Below the pieces are notes generated by a model that did not search any database, had not been told where the DNA came from, and saw nothing but the letters and a program-made list of their open reading frames with translations. Shown here one piece after another: positions 12,656 to 25,060 of a stretch of DNA of 64,000 bases. The stretch's first letter is position 1; every line of letters begins with the position of its first letter. The DNA is from Felis catus. Taxonomy: Eukaryota. Location of the stretch: the NCBI RefSeq assembly GCF_018350175.1, contig NC_058383.1, positions 8,744,001 through 8,808,000 on the forward strand. Reading direction: 5' to 3'. The translations under genes and the position numbers were made by a program.

Positions 12656-12852
12656 GGGACACCTTGGTGGCTCGGTCGGTTAGGCATCTGATGTTTCAGC
12701 TCAGGTCGTGATCTCATGGTTTGTGAGCTTGAGCCCAGCATCGGACTCGACCGTCAGCATGGAGCCTGCTTCAGATCCTCTCCTGCAGAGATCCTCCCTG
12801 TCTCCCTGCCCCCCTCCTTCTCTCTCTCTCAAAAATCAATAAACATTTAAAA
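12656..12852 (+). mobile_element. CanSINE (older)
   Basis: gggacaccttggtggctcggtcggttag head; aataaacatttaaaa tail. Confidence 0.88.
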
Positions 12853-13266
12853 GAGAGCAGAGCAAAATGGAGGCTTTGCCCTGCCAGATGATGATGAAAG
12901 CTACAGTGATTGGCACAGGGATAAATATAAATACAGTAATGGGACAAAATAAAAGATCAGGAACTGACATCTGCACCCACAGAAGCCACGAGTATTGCAG
13001 AGATGGGACTGTAGATCGGTGAGGTAAGGGTGGATTTCTCAGTAATGGTTCCCCCAATAATTGGTTCCCTTTTTGCAATTAAGTGAGATCCATACCTCAC
13101 ACCATATGCAAACACAAAATACAGGTGAAGACTTAAGGCAACACTTTAAGCCTTTTAGAAGAAAATATGGATAATGATGACTTTGGGTTGGGGAGGATTT
13201 CTTACATAAGAAACCGTAAAGGAAGAAATTGTTACATTTAACCGCATTCACATTTTAACGTATAAG

Positions 13267-13417
13267 TTTTTTTGTTGTTTTTTTCTTAATGTTTGGTTTT
13301 TTTTGAGAGAAGGTGGGGGAGGGGCAGAGAGAGAAGGAGACACAGAATCTGAAGCAGGCTCCAGGCTCTGAGCTGTCAGCACAGAGCCAGATGGGGGGCT
13401 CGAACCCACAAACTGTG
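13267..13417 (-). mobile_element. 5'-truncated CanSINE
   Basis: T tail, gacacagaatctgaagcaggctccaggctctgagctgtcagcacagagcc; head missing. Confidence 0.88.
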
Positions 13418-14820
13418 TAGGAAAATGCTCCACCTTTCTGAAGACATTTTACAGTATCTGTTGGAAACTTGTAATAAAGATTCAGACTTACGTAAAGACC
13501 GAATGTCTCTGACGTGAACGGTGCTCCCCAGGGCCAGACTGAATAGGTCATGGGTGGGGGGAGGGATCTTTGGCCGCGAGTCACAAACCAGGAGGAGACA
13601 GTTGCCACACACTTAGGTAACAAAGGATTAAGATTCAGAAAATATTTCAAAATTTGGCCCGTTAATAAGAAAAAGACGTAGGAAAAGGGGACAAAAGCCA
13701 CGGACGGCATCCTCAGAGGGGGAAATCAGAATGGTCACTAAGTATATGAAAAGATACCCAGCCTTATGAGCAGAAAAACGCAAATTCAAATGATTTCATC
13801 GCAGCTTCCTCCTATCTGCCAGGTTGGCCAAACTCCAAAACTCAAGATAGGAGTGTAAATTGTGTAGCCATTCTGGAGACCAGTCTGGCATCAGATACTA
13901 AAGCTTAAGAAGCACGTTCACCTTGACACAGCAGTTCCACTCCTAAGAATATGTCCTAAATAAGCTGAAACGTGGGCCCCAGGAAGCACGTTCAGGAGTG
14001 TTGGAAATGAGTAAGCAAGCAGACACAGCCCACTTTCCATCAGCAGTAGAAAGAATTACGTCAAGCACGGTACATCCATACGATGGGATACAGCGTAGCA
14101 AGAGAAAGTTAACGACGTGAAAACGCGCACTACCGCGCTGACGTTGTTCAGGGGTACGTGTGTCCCTTTATGACATAGTGAAACCGTAAAGGAAGAGTTA
14201 AACAGGAAATTCAGAATAGAGGTTATCATAGCGAGGCACAGGCGAAGTTTCAAAGGTCACGGAAGCGGCCCTACTCCCAGGTGCTCGTTTTGTTAATTAT
14301 ACCCGATGTATTCTTTTGTAAGCATGAGCTGTTTCTTTGGAGAAGAAATAATCGCCCTTAGAAGGCGGTGGCTGTGTGATTACAGTTTTGCACGGGAGGA
14401 ACCAAGTATCCTCCCTCCCCTTTGCATTTTGTCCATGATGAATTTTCCTCTCCCGGCAAGTGGGTGCTTCTGGGGAGGCCGTGCACCTGGGAGGGCCGGG
14501 GGGAAAGCACAGTTGTGAATGGTGTTCGCCATGACGTTTGTGGGACACCAAGCAGGTCAAGTGCTGTGTGCTAAGTGCTTTCCAAGCACGTGCTCACACC
14601 GTCTACACGGCACTGGAAAGGCTCTGCCCCTTCCTCAACTACCGGTCCCTCCACGTGGGCTCTGGAACCCTCCTCTCTTGCCCTCACAGGAGCCACAGCC
14701 CTGCGGGGACCCCTGTCCTGGGTCTTCAGTCTCTGCTCATCTGCATTCTGTAAGCACTAGTATGTTCCATCTTGAGACAGAGTGAGTGGGCAAGTGCCTC
14801 CCTTGTCCCCAAGCTGCCGC

Positions 14821-15039
14821 CTTCTTTTTTTTTTCTTTTAATTTTCTTTTAAAGTTTATTTATATTGAGAGAGACAGAGAGAGTGCGAGTGGGGATGGGG
14901 CACAGAGAGAGGGAGCATCTCAAGCAGGCTCCGCACTGTTAGTGCGAAGGCCGACGCGGGGCTCAAACGCTCACAAACCGTGACATCACCACCAGAGCCG
15001 AAATCGAGAGTCAGACGCTTAACCAACTCCTGGCGCCCC
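14821..15039 (-). mobile_element. CanSINE
   Basis: T tail, (GA) tract, ends ...gacgcttaaccaactcctggcgcccc. Confidence 0.9.
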
Positions 15040-15149
15040 TGTCTCCCAGCCTTGTTGGCCAGGCTTCTCCAGAGAGCTGTCTCCACCCCCGTGTGCCCGT
15101 TACTCTCGGACCCACCCCGGTCTGGCCGTCTGCCCCCTCTCCCTTGACC

Positions 15150-16120
15150 CCTGTGGTCCTCAGCTCTCTCATGTCAGGGACATTCAGGCCTCCCGGCACT
15201 CCTCTCCATGTGTTCCCTTTTGACATCCCACGATATCATGCCTTCCAGACTTTCCGTCTACTTCTCTGCCTATTGATTTTTAGTCTTCTTGGGCAGCTCC
15301 TCTGCATTCAGACCTCTGAATGACGGCGTCCCGTGCTGTGCGATCTTCCGGGACCCGTCTGCTGGAAACTCACACGTCTGTCTCTAACTCGGTCTTCTCC
15401 TTTGTGTTCCAGGCTCACGAGACTGCCTCTTGCATATTACCCCTTAGGTATTCCACCGGAAAGGACTCTTCGCCCACAGCCCTCCCGTCTCCAGCTCCCA
15501 TACCTGCTGGGGTCTCTGGCTGCCTCCTTTCCCTTCTCAGCAATGGCTCCGCGGTCCACTCGGCAGCCTCGGCTGGAAATCTAGGACACCCGCTCCCTCC
15601 CGTCCACCTCACTTGCCATCCTTCCTCCCGCCGTCCTCATCTGCTCATCTTACCATCCCTACTCCCCACAGCGCGTCCAAAGCCATCGTTTGCCACTGAG
15701 ACCCCTGTTCTCTGTTCCGGCCCCTGCCCGCTCCACCCCCACCTTAGCTCCACGCATCAGCCAGGAGCGGGTCCCTTCCTGCTTACTGCCCTTCTGTGGC
15801 TCCACTGCCCTTGAGGCAAGCACGGAACCCCGACCTCAGCCTTCAGGGTGCCTGGCCTGGCTACGTCCTGCCCTCCACCCAGCCCCGTCTTACTCGCTTT
15901 TTGGTGCTTTCTTCATGTGTCATGCCATCAAGAGGTCCCTGCCTGCCCGTCCAAACCGGGGTGTTCTAACTCTTCCTCTTGTAGCACCTTGTCCCTTTGT
16001 CCGGAGTGCTTTTCTCATTGTCTTTGTGGGTTTGTCTGTGTCCACCACTCTCTCCAGACTTTCTGTGTCTGCGTGGCCTTGTAGACCCACTGCCTGGCCC
16101 TAGCGAGCATGCAGTAGGTG
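15150..16120 (+). mobile_element. L2 LINE relic
   Basis: Pyrimidine-rich degraded sequence with L2-like 3' terminus (tagcgagcatgcagtaggtgtccactagat). Confidence 0.45.
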
Positions 16121-19100
16121 TCCACTAGATGGGCGAGGGCCAGGGGGCAGCACTATCCTTATTTCACAGATGGCAAAGCTATGCCCAGAGAGGAAAAGTA
16201 CCCACCCAGAGTCGCACGGGTGGTCACGGCAGGGCTGAGACCCACGTGGGTACCGTCCGATACTGCTCGGGGAACAGGGAGGGGGCACCTGCCCTCCATC
16301 ATCTCAGTCACCCTCCCCGGTCTTTGATAAGGACCTCGGGCGTTGGTGCCACGTAACGTGCTTTGCAAGTATCCCTCCGGCCCCCCTCTTCTGACCAGCC
16401 CCTCCTGTGTGGATTCTGCCCGCCGTGCTGCGTCTCACACGTACGTAAATACCCCCGCGTGCAGACGCTTTGCCACAACTTGATCTGTACTCCTGGGAGG
16501 AGTGGGGGGCCCTGGTTAACTGAAGACGGGGGCTTCACGCCTGTGTCCCCTGCTCCATGGCCCACATGGACGGCCAAAATCATCTTTTAAAACTTGCCGT
16601 CCTCCCGAAGGCCCACTGTGTGCGTGACCTACCGACGGTACTCAGAGCCGCGGCCGGGCCGTGTGAAACTCCACACCGCCTCTCTGATACCTGTTTATTT
16701 CTTCGTGCAGTGAAACTCTCTGAGTATGTACAGCTCGGGGCCAACCGGGAGCCAAGGATATAACCCTGGATACAGTTGACAAAGCCCCTGCTACCTTGAA
16801 GCCCACGTTCCGGGGAAGGGAAGCGTAATAAAGACGAGGAGTGATGTCAGATGGTGACGAGCTCGGGGCTGGGGAAGGAGGGTGAGGCAGAGCAGGCCGA
16901 GCAGGGGCGGTGCTCCCGGTGCCCGGAAGGCTGAGGGGACGAGGGAGGGAGGAAGGCCAGAGCACTCGGAGGCCCCCGAACACCCTTGGGAACCATTTGC
17001 CATCCACCAGTAGCTGAAATGGATTAACGGGGGGTAAATATTCTATGAATTCGTTAAGAGGAACTAAGAGTTTTGAGGATGTTCTGTAGCCCGTGTCTGT
17101 GGCCCTGTTACATACTTAAGCTTTTAGATCTAAAGGCCATGTCTAAATAAAGCCAGAACGTCCAAGGACTTTATTCCAAAGAACATTTCCCAGGGACTTG
17201 GAAGGACCTGGGAGTTGGCCCCGGGCACTGCCGCTCACTCTCCGGTAACCTCGGGCAGCCCAGGCCTCCTTCCGCCTGACTTCGCTCATCTGTAGAATGA
17301 GCGGGTGAGCGAGATGGTCGGCGAGAAGCCCCGTAGCTCTGAAGTCCAGTATGACTCAGCGGACTAACCCTTGGGTTGACCGTCATCAGCAGAATAGAAG
17401 AGGACATTTGTCAGCAGTTAGAGCCGCTCAGAAATGGAATGAGCCGTCCTCTAAGGTAGCGAGTTTCCTGTCGCTAAGAGTGTTCAAACAGGGCCAGAGG
17501 GCCAAGGTCAGGGAGGCGGTCAGCTCTTACCCATTGGTCCTTCGGGGCCCCGTCATGCCTACGCTTAGCGAGGGCTGCGCTGAGTGCCGTGGGCGGGGCT
17601 GGGTCAGAAAGTTGGACCGGACTCTGGTTCCCCAGGCGGGTCCTCAGAGGGGCCAACAGGGCTGCTTGAGAATCACCCACGTGTTCCCAGAAATTCTGCT
17701 CCCCGGGCTCCTCCCACCGAGGTTCTGGTTCAGCTGCCCGGGGCAGGGCCCGAGAAGCTGGAATTGGACAGAGTCCGCGCGTGGTTCTCCTGCATGGCTG
17801 CCCGCTGGGCTGGGTTCCCTGCGCGGGTGCCTCCTCTCTGGGTTACGCTCTGTGGCGCTGCCCGCTCGAGCACCTGAGACTGGCGGGGAGGGGGCTCCGT
17901 GATTCAGCTTGCAGTCTTTCCGGGCTTTCGGTCCGCGGCTTCTGCTCCGGCCAGACTGGTCCGTCTGCCGTCCCTGAGCATGCCCCTGTGGTTTCCCGCC
18001 TCTGAGCTTCTCCTAAAGTCACGGCCTCGGCTATTGGAACCTTCCGCCGTTCCTCACCTAGAAACACCATGTCCCTCCTTAAAGACCTGAGCGTCTGCCT
18101 CCTTCGTTCCTCTTCCTGCCGCCCCAGCCTGAGCTTCTAGCTTTTTCCTTCTCTTCGACTTCATACCCTCTTCCTGGCCTTACCGAGCCGTCCTTCTCCT
18201 GTTACTGAGTACTCCTCGAGTGCTGTGTGCCAGGCTCCCTGCCAGGTTCCTGAGTGACCCACAGGAGCAGCAAGGCCGCTTCTCCCCCCCCCGGGAGACG
18301 GCAGGGCCATCTGTGAGTTGGGACCCCGTGTCCCGGACAGGTGAGCGTGGAGCAGACCGGGCACCCCGAGGATACTGGCAGGCGCCGGCTGTCCGCTTTC
18401 CCCGGGGGGACCTTGTTTCTCACCCCACACGGCCATCGGCGGACTTGTAGGCCTTTTCATGTGCGTTGGTAGTTGTGGCCACGGTGGTGACGGCGACAGT
18501 GTTTTAATGACCTCACGGCGCGGTCCGAAGACCGGGTGCACACGGTGTCTTCCTGGAGGCTCCCTCCGTGACGGCTCAATTAGGGGAGCGGTAGGGCTGT
18601 GGTTCAATATTCAGGCCAGCTTCCTAATTGAAAACACATTTTCCCCTCCGAAGCTGCAGCTGGTTTGCTTCTGCTCATGCAGAAAAGGATATAACCTTGC
18701 CTAACATAGGAAATGAACGGTTGAGAGAGAAGCCAAATTCAATTTCAGTCAGATATGTTGAGGCTAAGCCCGTGATCTATGGAAGCAGGGGAGCGAGCCG
18801 TGTGCATGTGGAAAGGGGCGCACTCAGCAGTCCATTAATCACGGCCGCCCGCCCGGCGCTGCCGCCACCGCGTGGGCCTCTGCGCCGGGGCCGCCCCTCC
18901 GACGGGGCTGGACCGCAGCCAAGCACTCCAGAAGTTAACCTCTTAAAGACCCGGAGCTGCTTTCTGTTGAATAAATGTAATTTTGTGGTCAGACATAAAT
19001 GCTTGTGATGTAGCAGGAGCTTTGAAAACAACAGTGAGCCAAAGCTATTACAAATTGCTCTGCGTTGTGGAAGTCAACAGCATACATCAAAACTCCGAGT

Positions 19101-20020
19101 GTATGGCAAATTGATTTCGGCCCAGAGCTCTGCAGCTATTCAATAAAAGTCCTATTAAGCCATTGTATGTAATGAACAATCCAGAGCAAATCTAATATTT
19201 TCAGTGGATAATTATTGTTAACATCCTCTCGGTAACCGTCAGTAGAGCTCTTGGATGTTTCCAGCGCGGACCCGCGTGCGGTGGGCCCTCCTCGGCTCTC
19301 TTCTGCCTCTGCCGGAGGCCCCAAGGCAGTCCCCCCCCCCGCCCCGAACTCGGGGTCCCCCTGCAGGGTTCACCGGCAGACCCTGCTCCCGGAGAAGGAC
19401 ACGGAGATTCCGGTCTCCCCGAGCCTGGCACGCGGCGGGGCCCCAGGAAGCACTGGCTGAACTCAGATGAACTGAGTTGACATGGAGCAAGGAGGCAAAG
19501 AGCTCTAGAACAAGAGAGGAAAATGCTGTATTGGCTCCAGAGCCTCTAGAGACCAGAGGGTCACAGGCCAAGAATTCGAGGTCCCATGTCCTGTACCCAG
19601 AGGGAGCCCCAGGACTCGCCACTGCCCTTCTGCTCCTCGACAGCTGGGGAGACAGGCTCTGTGTCAGGGAGCCCCTGCTGATGGAGCCACCAGAGTGATC
19701 GTGTTGCCAGCTGAGTGGGGGTCACCTTGGCCGAGGCCACCTCCTCGGCTGCTCCACCACTCTGTTCGCAGCCGGGAGATGACCCTGGTCACACTGACTC
19801 ATGTCACACTCTTTATATCAGTCTCTCCTTCCAGACTGAGCTTCCAGAGGTCAGGGTTTACTCATTTATTCTTTCATTCAGTTAGTATTTACTGAACCCC
19901 TACTCTGTGCCAGTCTGGACCTGACCTAGACTGTGGTCTCTAGTTGTAGGGTAATTAAGCTGCTTTCATGGTGCTTAATAGCTGAGCAGGATCTGTGTCC
20001 TCAGATGGCAGATAGTAAAT

Positions 20021-20874
20021 GAGGGATGGGTGGGGGTGGGTGAATGGATGGGTGGGTGGATGGATGGATGGATGGATGGGTGGGTAGATACATGGGTGGA
20101 TGCATGAGTTGGATATATAGATGAGCAAGTGGATGGGTGGATTGATGGATGGATGGATGAGCATGTGGATGGATGGATGGATGGATGAGCATATGGATGG
20201 ATGGATAGATGAGCATATGGATGGATGGATGGATGGATGAGCAAGTGGATGGATGGATGGGTGGATGGATGGATGGATGGATGGATGGATGGATGGATGG
20301 ATGAGCAAGTGGATGGATGGGTGGATGGATGGATGAGCAAGTGGATGGATGTGTGGATGGATAGATGAGCAACTGGATGGATGGATGGATGGATGGATGG
20401 ATGGATGGATGAGCAAGTGGATGGATGGATGGGTGGGCGGGTGGATGGATAGATGGGTGGGTAGATACATGGGTGGATGTGTGAGTTGGATGTATAGATG
20501 AGCAAGTGGATGGACGGATGGGTGGGTAGATGGATGGATGAGCAAGTGGATGGATGGATGGGTGGATGGATGGATGGATGGATGGATGGATGGATGGATG
20601 GATGAGCAAGTGGATGGATGGGTGGGTGGATGGATGGATGAGCAAGTGGATGGATGTGTGGATGGATAGATGAGCAACTGGATGGATGGATGGATGGATG
20701 GATGGATGGATGGATGGATGGATGAGCAAGTGGATGGATGGATGGGTGGGCGGGTGGATGGATAGATGGGTGGGTAGATACATGGGTGGATGTGTGAGTT
20801 GGATGTATAGATGAGCAAGTGGATGGACGGATGGGTGGGTAGATGGATGGATGAGTAAGTGGATGGATGGATGG
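20021..20874. repeat. ~850-bp (GGAT)n/(ATCC)n complex tandem repeat with higher-order structure
   Basis: GGAT runs punctuated by recurrent gagcaagt and gtagatacatgggtggatg landmarks. It explains the three His-Pro-Ser-rich minus-strand ORFs. Confidence 0.97.
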
Positions 20875-22499
20875 AGAAATGGAGAGTTAACACCCCCAGT
20901 GTATAAATCAGAAGTATTCTCTGTCCGTAAAAGAGACCCCGTTCTGTCTGCTTACACTTCCAGAACTTTGCGGGGAACCATGTGATACCAAGAGGCAGCT
21001 GTGATATGAAGATAAGGGCCCAGAGTTACAAGGCCTGGGTTTGAGGCCTGACTTGCCATGACCTTGACTTTCACCACGTCAGTGGCCCTCTCACTGCCTC
21101 TCTTTCCTCATGTGATAAACATGCAGGATTGGGGGAAATAGCTTCAAATGATGATTAGAAGTAGTATTTGTCTAATTTATTTTTCCCGGACTAAAGTTAT
21201 CCAACTTGTAATAGTCATATAGTATTTATTTGAATACTGTGGAATTTAAATTATTAGGGTATTTTATTTTCTGCAGAGCTCTCTTCCTTGGAAAAACTCA
21301 ATCTGGATGTTAATTAGGTTTTATTAATGTTCCACCAATTTAATGCAGTAATTTCTTAAATGAAACTGACACCAAGGACCAGATGGTCCAAAGGAGGACT
21401 GTGAAGGTGTGTGCGGGGCCCCCGGAGGGGCTGAGAGATGCTAATACTGGCTGAGAGCTCAGACGAGTTTGCCCACGTGCCATCTCTCCCTCAGTCTATT
21501 ACAGTCGTGCCACTGCTCCCTTCGCTGGTAATCATTTGCACAACATTTTACGTCTGTAAGTTCCCATTTCCGCGATCTCACACAGCCTTACCCACGACCT
21601 TTGTGCTTAGCGACGTTATCGCCAACCAGAGCGGCAGGACAGGAGGATGGCCGTGAACTTGAGGAGCAGAGTGGGTTCCCGGGAGTGAGGTCTGTGCCCC
21701 ACCCCTCGCCCCCAGCTCCGTGCCCTTGACGCCTCCCCTGTCACCGTCTCTTGGTCCCACCTGTCCTGGGATCTGTGGCTCCCTGGAGCCTCGTTGTGGC
21801 CAGCCATGTGCCACCTGCTTGTCACTAAATACCATCTCTAGCAAGTATTCCCGGATGGCGGGAGCCCACCCCTGCAGTGAATATCAGCCACACACCTGTT
21901 AGCCACCTGCACAGACAAGCGTCGCGACAATCGTCGGGGTCGCGAGTGGCCTGAACAGGGTTACAGGTTGGAACCCAGGTGTTTGGACTCAGGCAGATAC
22001 TCATTCCACTCACCGCCACGGAAGGGGGCATGGACCAGTGTTTCATGTAACTACGACTTCCAGAGCCTTCCAAGTTGCCAGCCAGGAAAAGGCAACCCGG
22101 CCAAGTAGCCCAGTGACCGCCCAGCTCCCCTCCTGGCTGTTCCTCGGCCTCATCCGCTGCCATCTTGAGGACCCAGAGTGGCAGGAGAAGGGGGTAAGAG
22201 TCGAGTCGGGCCCACCCGGAAGCTCACGCTAGCTGAGCCCCCTAGTGGGAAGGGAGAGTAACCTGGAGAAGACGTTCCGCTGAAGCCTGCGGACTCTGAG
22301 CGCAGCCCTTGGAGAGAGGAGGGAGTGGAAGGAGAGAGCATCTCCTCAGCCAGCCGCCAGTCACCCTGGCCACAGATCTCTGAGAGACCCACTTCTGCCA
22401 AGAGACCCTGGGAATTCGGCCTCCCCCACTGCACTTGTTCGTTCATTCGTTCATTTTGGCTGGCTGTCTATCTGTGTATCTGTCTGTCTGTCTATCTAT

Positions 22500-22652
22500 C
22501 TATGAGACAGATGAGACTGAGCAGGGAAGGGGAAGAGAGAGAGGGAGATGGAATCCCAAGCAGGCTCCGTGCTGTCAGAGCAAAGCCCGACGCGGGTGGT
22601 TCACACACAGGTGGTTCGAACTCACTGAACCAGTTGAGCCACCCAGGCGCCG
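22500..22652 (-). mobile_element. Degraded CanSINE with an adjacent (TCTG/TCTA)n tract
   Basis: gaatcccaagcaggctccgtgctgtcagagc...gagccacccaggcgcc. Confidence 0.8.
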
Positions 22653-24503
22653 CCCTCATCCCCCTCTTCGGCTGCCTCCTTCTCAACACACAGCTTCCTT
22701 CTTCTCTTTCCCTCAGAGTTGCCTTCCCATCCAGAGTGATCACCTCGGGTCACCTCCTGATGGCCGTCCCCAACCTTACAGCATAAAACCGGGGGCCCTG
22801 GCTTAGCCCCCAGGCCCTGCCTCCCAGCTGCCCTGGCTACGGGCACAGCAGCACCCCGACTTTTCTGGAAGGCAGCACACCCTGTCTCTGTGCAGGCTCC
22901 CCTTCCCCACTAAGCCCCGGCCCTCCCACCACGAGGAAGTTCACTCTTCTCTTCCGTAAGTGTTCACAACACGAGGTACAGAACAGGATCTGTAATATCC
23001 TACCGCTTGCCTTTTTTTGAAAGGGACGACGACGTGTGTATACAGATGCTTGTAAATGCGTAAAATATTTCTGGAAAGATGCACAAGATGGTCTCCGCCT
23101 GTCAGCCAGGCAGCTGGGTGAAGGTGGATGTGCATGGGAAGGAGACCTACTTTTCACTGCGTTCTTACACTTTCTGTCATTTCTATTTTTATTTTCTTTT
23201 TGAAATTAAATGGTGGTTAGGATATTCTCCAAGTTGTGCCGCCATCACCACCGCCTGATTCCAGAACATTTCCATCACCCGAGAAAAGAAACCCTATACC
23301 CATTTACACTCCCCATCCTCCCCCCACCCAGCAACCACGAATTGACTGCCTTTCTGTCTCTGCAGGGGTTGACCCCTCTCAACATTTCACTTAAATGAAA
23401 TCATACACTGTGTGGTCTTTTGTGACTGACTCCTTTCACCTGGCATCACGGTTTCAAGATTTATCCGTGTCGTATCCTGTGTCAGTGCTTCATTCCTTTT
23501 AATGGCTGAATAATAATCCATCGTATCGATACGCCATGTTTTTTAATCCATTGTCGGTTGATGTGATGGCCATTTGGGTTTCTGACGCCTTTTGGCTGTT
23601 GTGAGTATGCTGGTGTGAACATTCATACGCAAGTTTTTTGCACAGATTCACGGTTTCCTTTCTCTTGGATATGTACCCAGGAGTGGAATTGCTGGATAAT
23701 ATGGTAACTCTGTGTTCAGCGGTTTGAGGAATTGCCAGGGTGTTTTCCACAGTGCCTCATTTTACATTTCCATCGCCGGTGTATGAGGGTTCCAGTTTCT
23801 GTCCATCCTCTCTAACACTTACCTCTATAGCCTAGTGGATATGAAGCGGTATCTCATTGAATTAGGGGTTTTGATTTGCATTTCCCTAATGGCTACGGAC
23901 GTTGTGCATCTTTTCACGTGCTTATTGGCCATTTGCATATCTTCTTTGGAGAAATGTCTATTCGGATCTTTTGTCTATCTTTAAATTCAGTTGTTTGTCT
24001 CTTTGTTGAGTTGTAAGAGGTCTTTATTTATTCTCTATACTAATCCCTCGTCAGATACGTGATTTGCAGAAATGTTCTGGGATCCCAATCTGTGGGTTCT
24101 TTCGTTTTCCTGATAGCGTCCTTTGAAGCACACAAGTTTTAAATGTGATGAAATCCAATTTACCTATTTTTCTTTTGTTGTTTATGCTTTTGGTATTGTA
24201 CTGAAAGTCACAAAGATTTACAGTGGTGTTTCCTTATAAGGGTTTTGCAGTTTTAGCTCTTATATTTTGGTGTCTGGTACATTTTGAGTTAATTTCCACG
24301 TACGGTGTGAAGTAGGGGTCCGGCTTCCTTGTTTGGCGTGTGGATATTCAGTGTATCTCTGCGTTGTCTGTCAAAAATTCTTTCCCCACTGAATTGTCTT
24401 TTCACCCATGTCAAAACTCAGTTAACTACAATGTGAAAGGCTATTTCCAGACTCTCAATTCTGTTCCACTGATCTAATGGCATTATGCCAATACCACACA
24501 TTC

Positions 24504-24718
24504 TTTTTTTTTTTTAATGTGTATTCACTTTTGAGAGAGAGAGAGAGAGAGAAGCAGCATGAGTGGGGGGAGGGGCAGAGAGGTAGACAGAATCCAAAGC
24601 AGGCTCCAGGCTCTGAGCTGTCAGCACAGAGCCGGACGTGGGTCTCGAACTCATGATCTGTGAGATTATGACCTGAGCCGAAGTCGGACGCTTAACCGAC
24701 CGAGCCACCCACGCGCCC
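24504..24718 (-). mobile_element. CanSINE inserted in L1
   Basis: Full body; TSD gcca(a/g)taccacac(a/g)ttctt. Confidence 0.94.
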
Positions 24719-24844
24719 GCCAGTACCACACGTTCTTGATTAATGTAGCTTTGCGGTGAGTTTTGAGATTGATAAGTGTGAGTTCCCCCACCTTTGGTTT
24801 TCTTTCTCGAGAATGTTTCGGCTGTTTTGGACCCCTTGCATTTC

Positions 24845-25060
24845 TTTTTTTTTTTTTTTTTTTTAACATATTTATTTTTGAGACAGAGAACAGAGCATGA
24901 ACGGGGGAGGGTCAGAGACAGGGAGACACAGAATCTGAAACAGGCTCCAGGCTCTGAGCTGTCAGCACAGAGCCTGACGCGGGGCTCGAACTCACGGACT
25001 GTGAGATCATGACCTGAGCCGAAGTCGGCCGCTTAACCGACTGAGCCACTCAGGCGCCCC
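24845..25060 (-). mobile_element. CanSINE inserted in L1
   Basis: Perfect 16-bp TSD ggaccccttgcatttc (24829-24844 and 25062-25077). Confidence 0.95.

Larger units (their letters stand above)
11100..14300 (+). mobile_element. Ancient degraded L1 (ORF2 to 3' UTR), interrupted by two CanSINEs
   Basis: A-rich with L1 ORF2 hallmarks: aaaactggttctttgaa, tttgataaaattcagcatccattcatgat, tttaacattgtcctggaagtcttagc, aaggttgctagatacaaaatcaatatgcaaaa; 3' part gacacagcagttccactcctaagaatat. No intact ORF. Confidence 0.8.

Noticed and set aside
13210..14196. Exact 17-bp direct repeat gaaaccgtaaaggaaga at 13210 and 14180
   Set aside because: Both copies lie within the same degraded L1 and do not bracket a recognisable discrete insertion, so a TSD interpretation is unsupported.
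20021..20874. CRISPR-like appearance of recurring motifs separated by variable segments
   Set aside because: The variable segments are just GGAT runs rather than unique spacers, the context is a mammalian intron, and there are no cas genes.
19955..20893. Long minus-strand ORFs (312, 260 and 176 aa) rich in HPSI repeats
   Set aside because: They are translations of the (ATCC)n array, which lacks stop codons; there is no promoter, splice or homology support.
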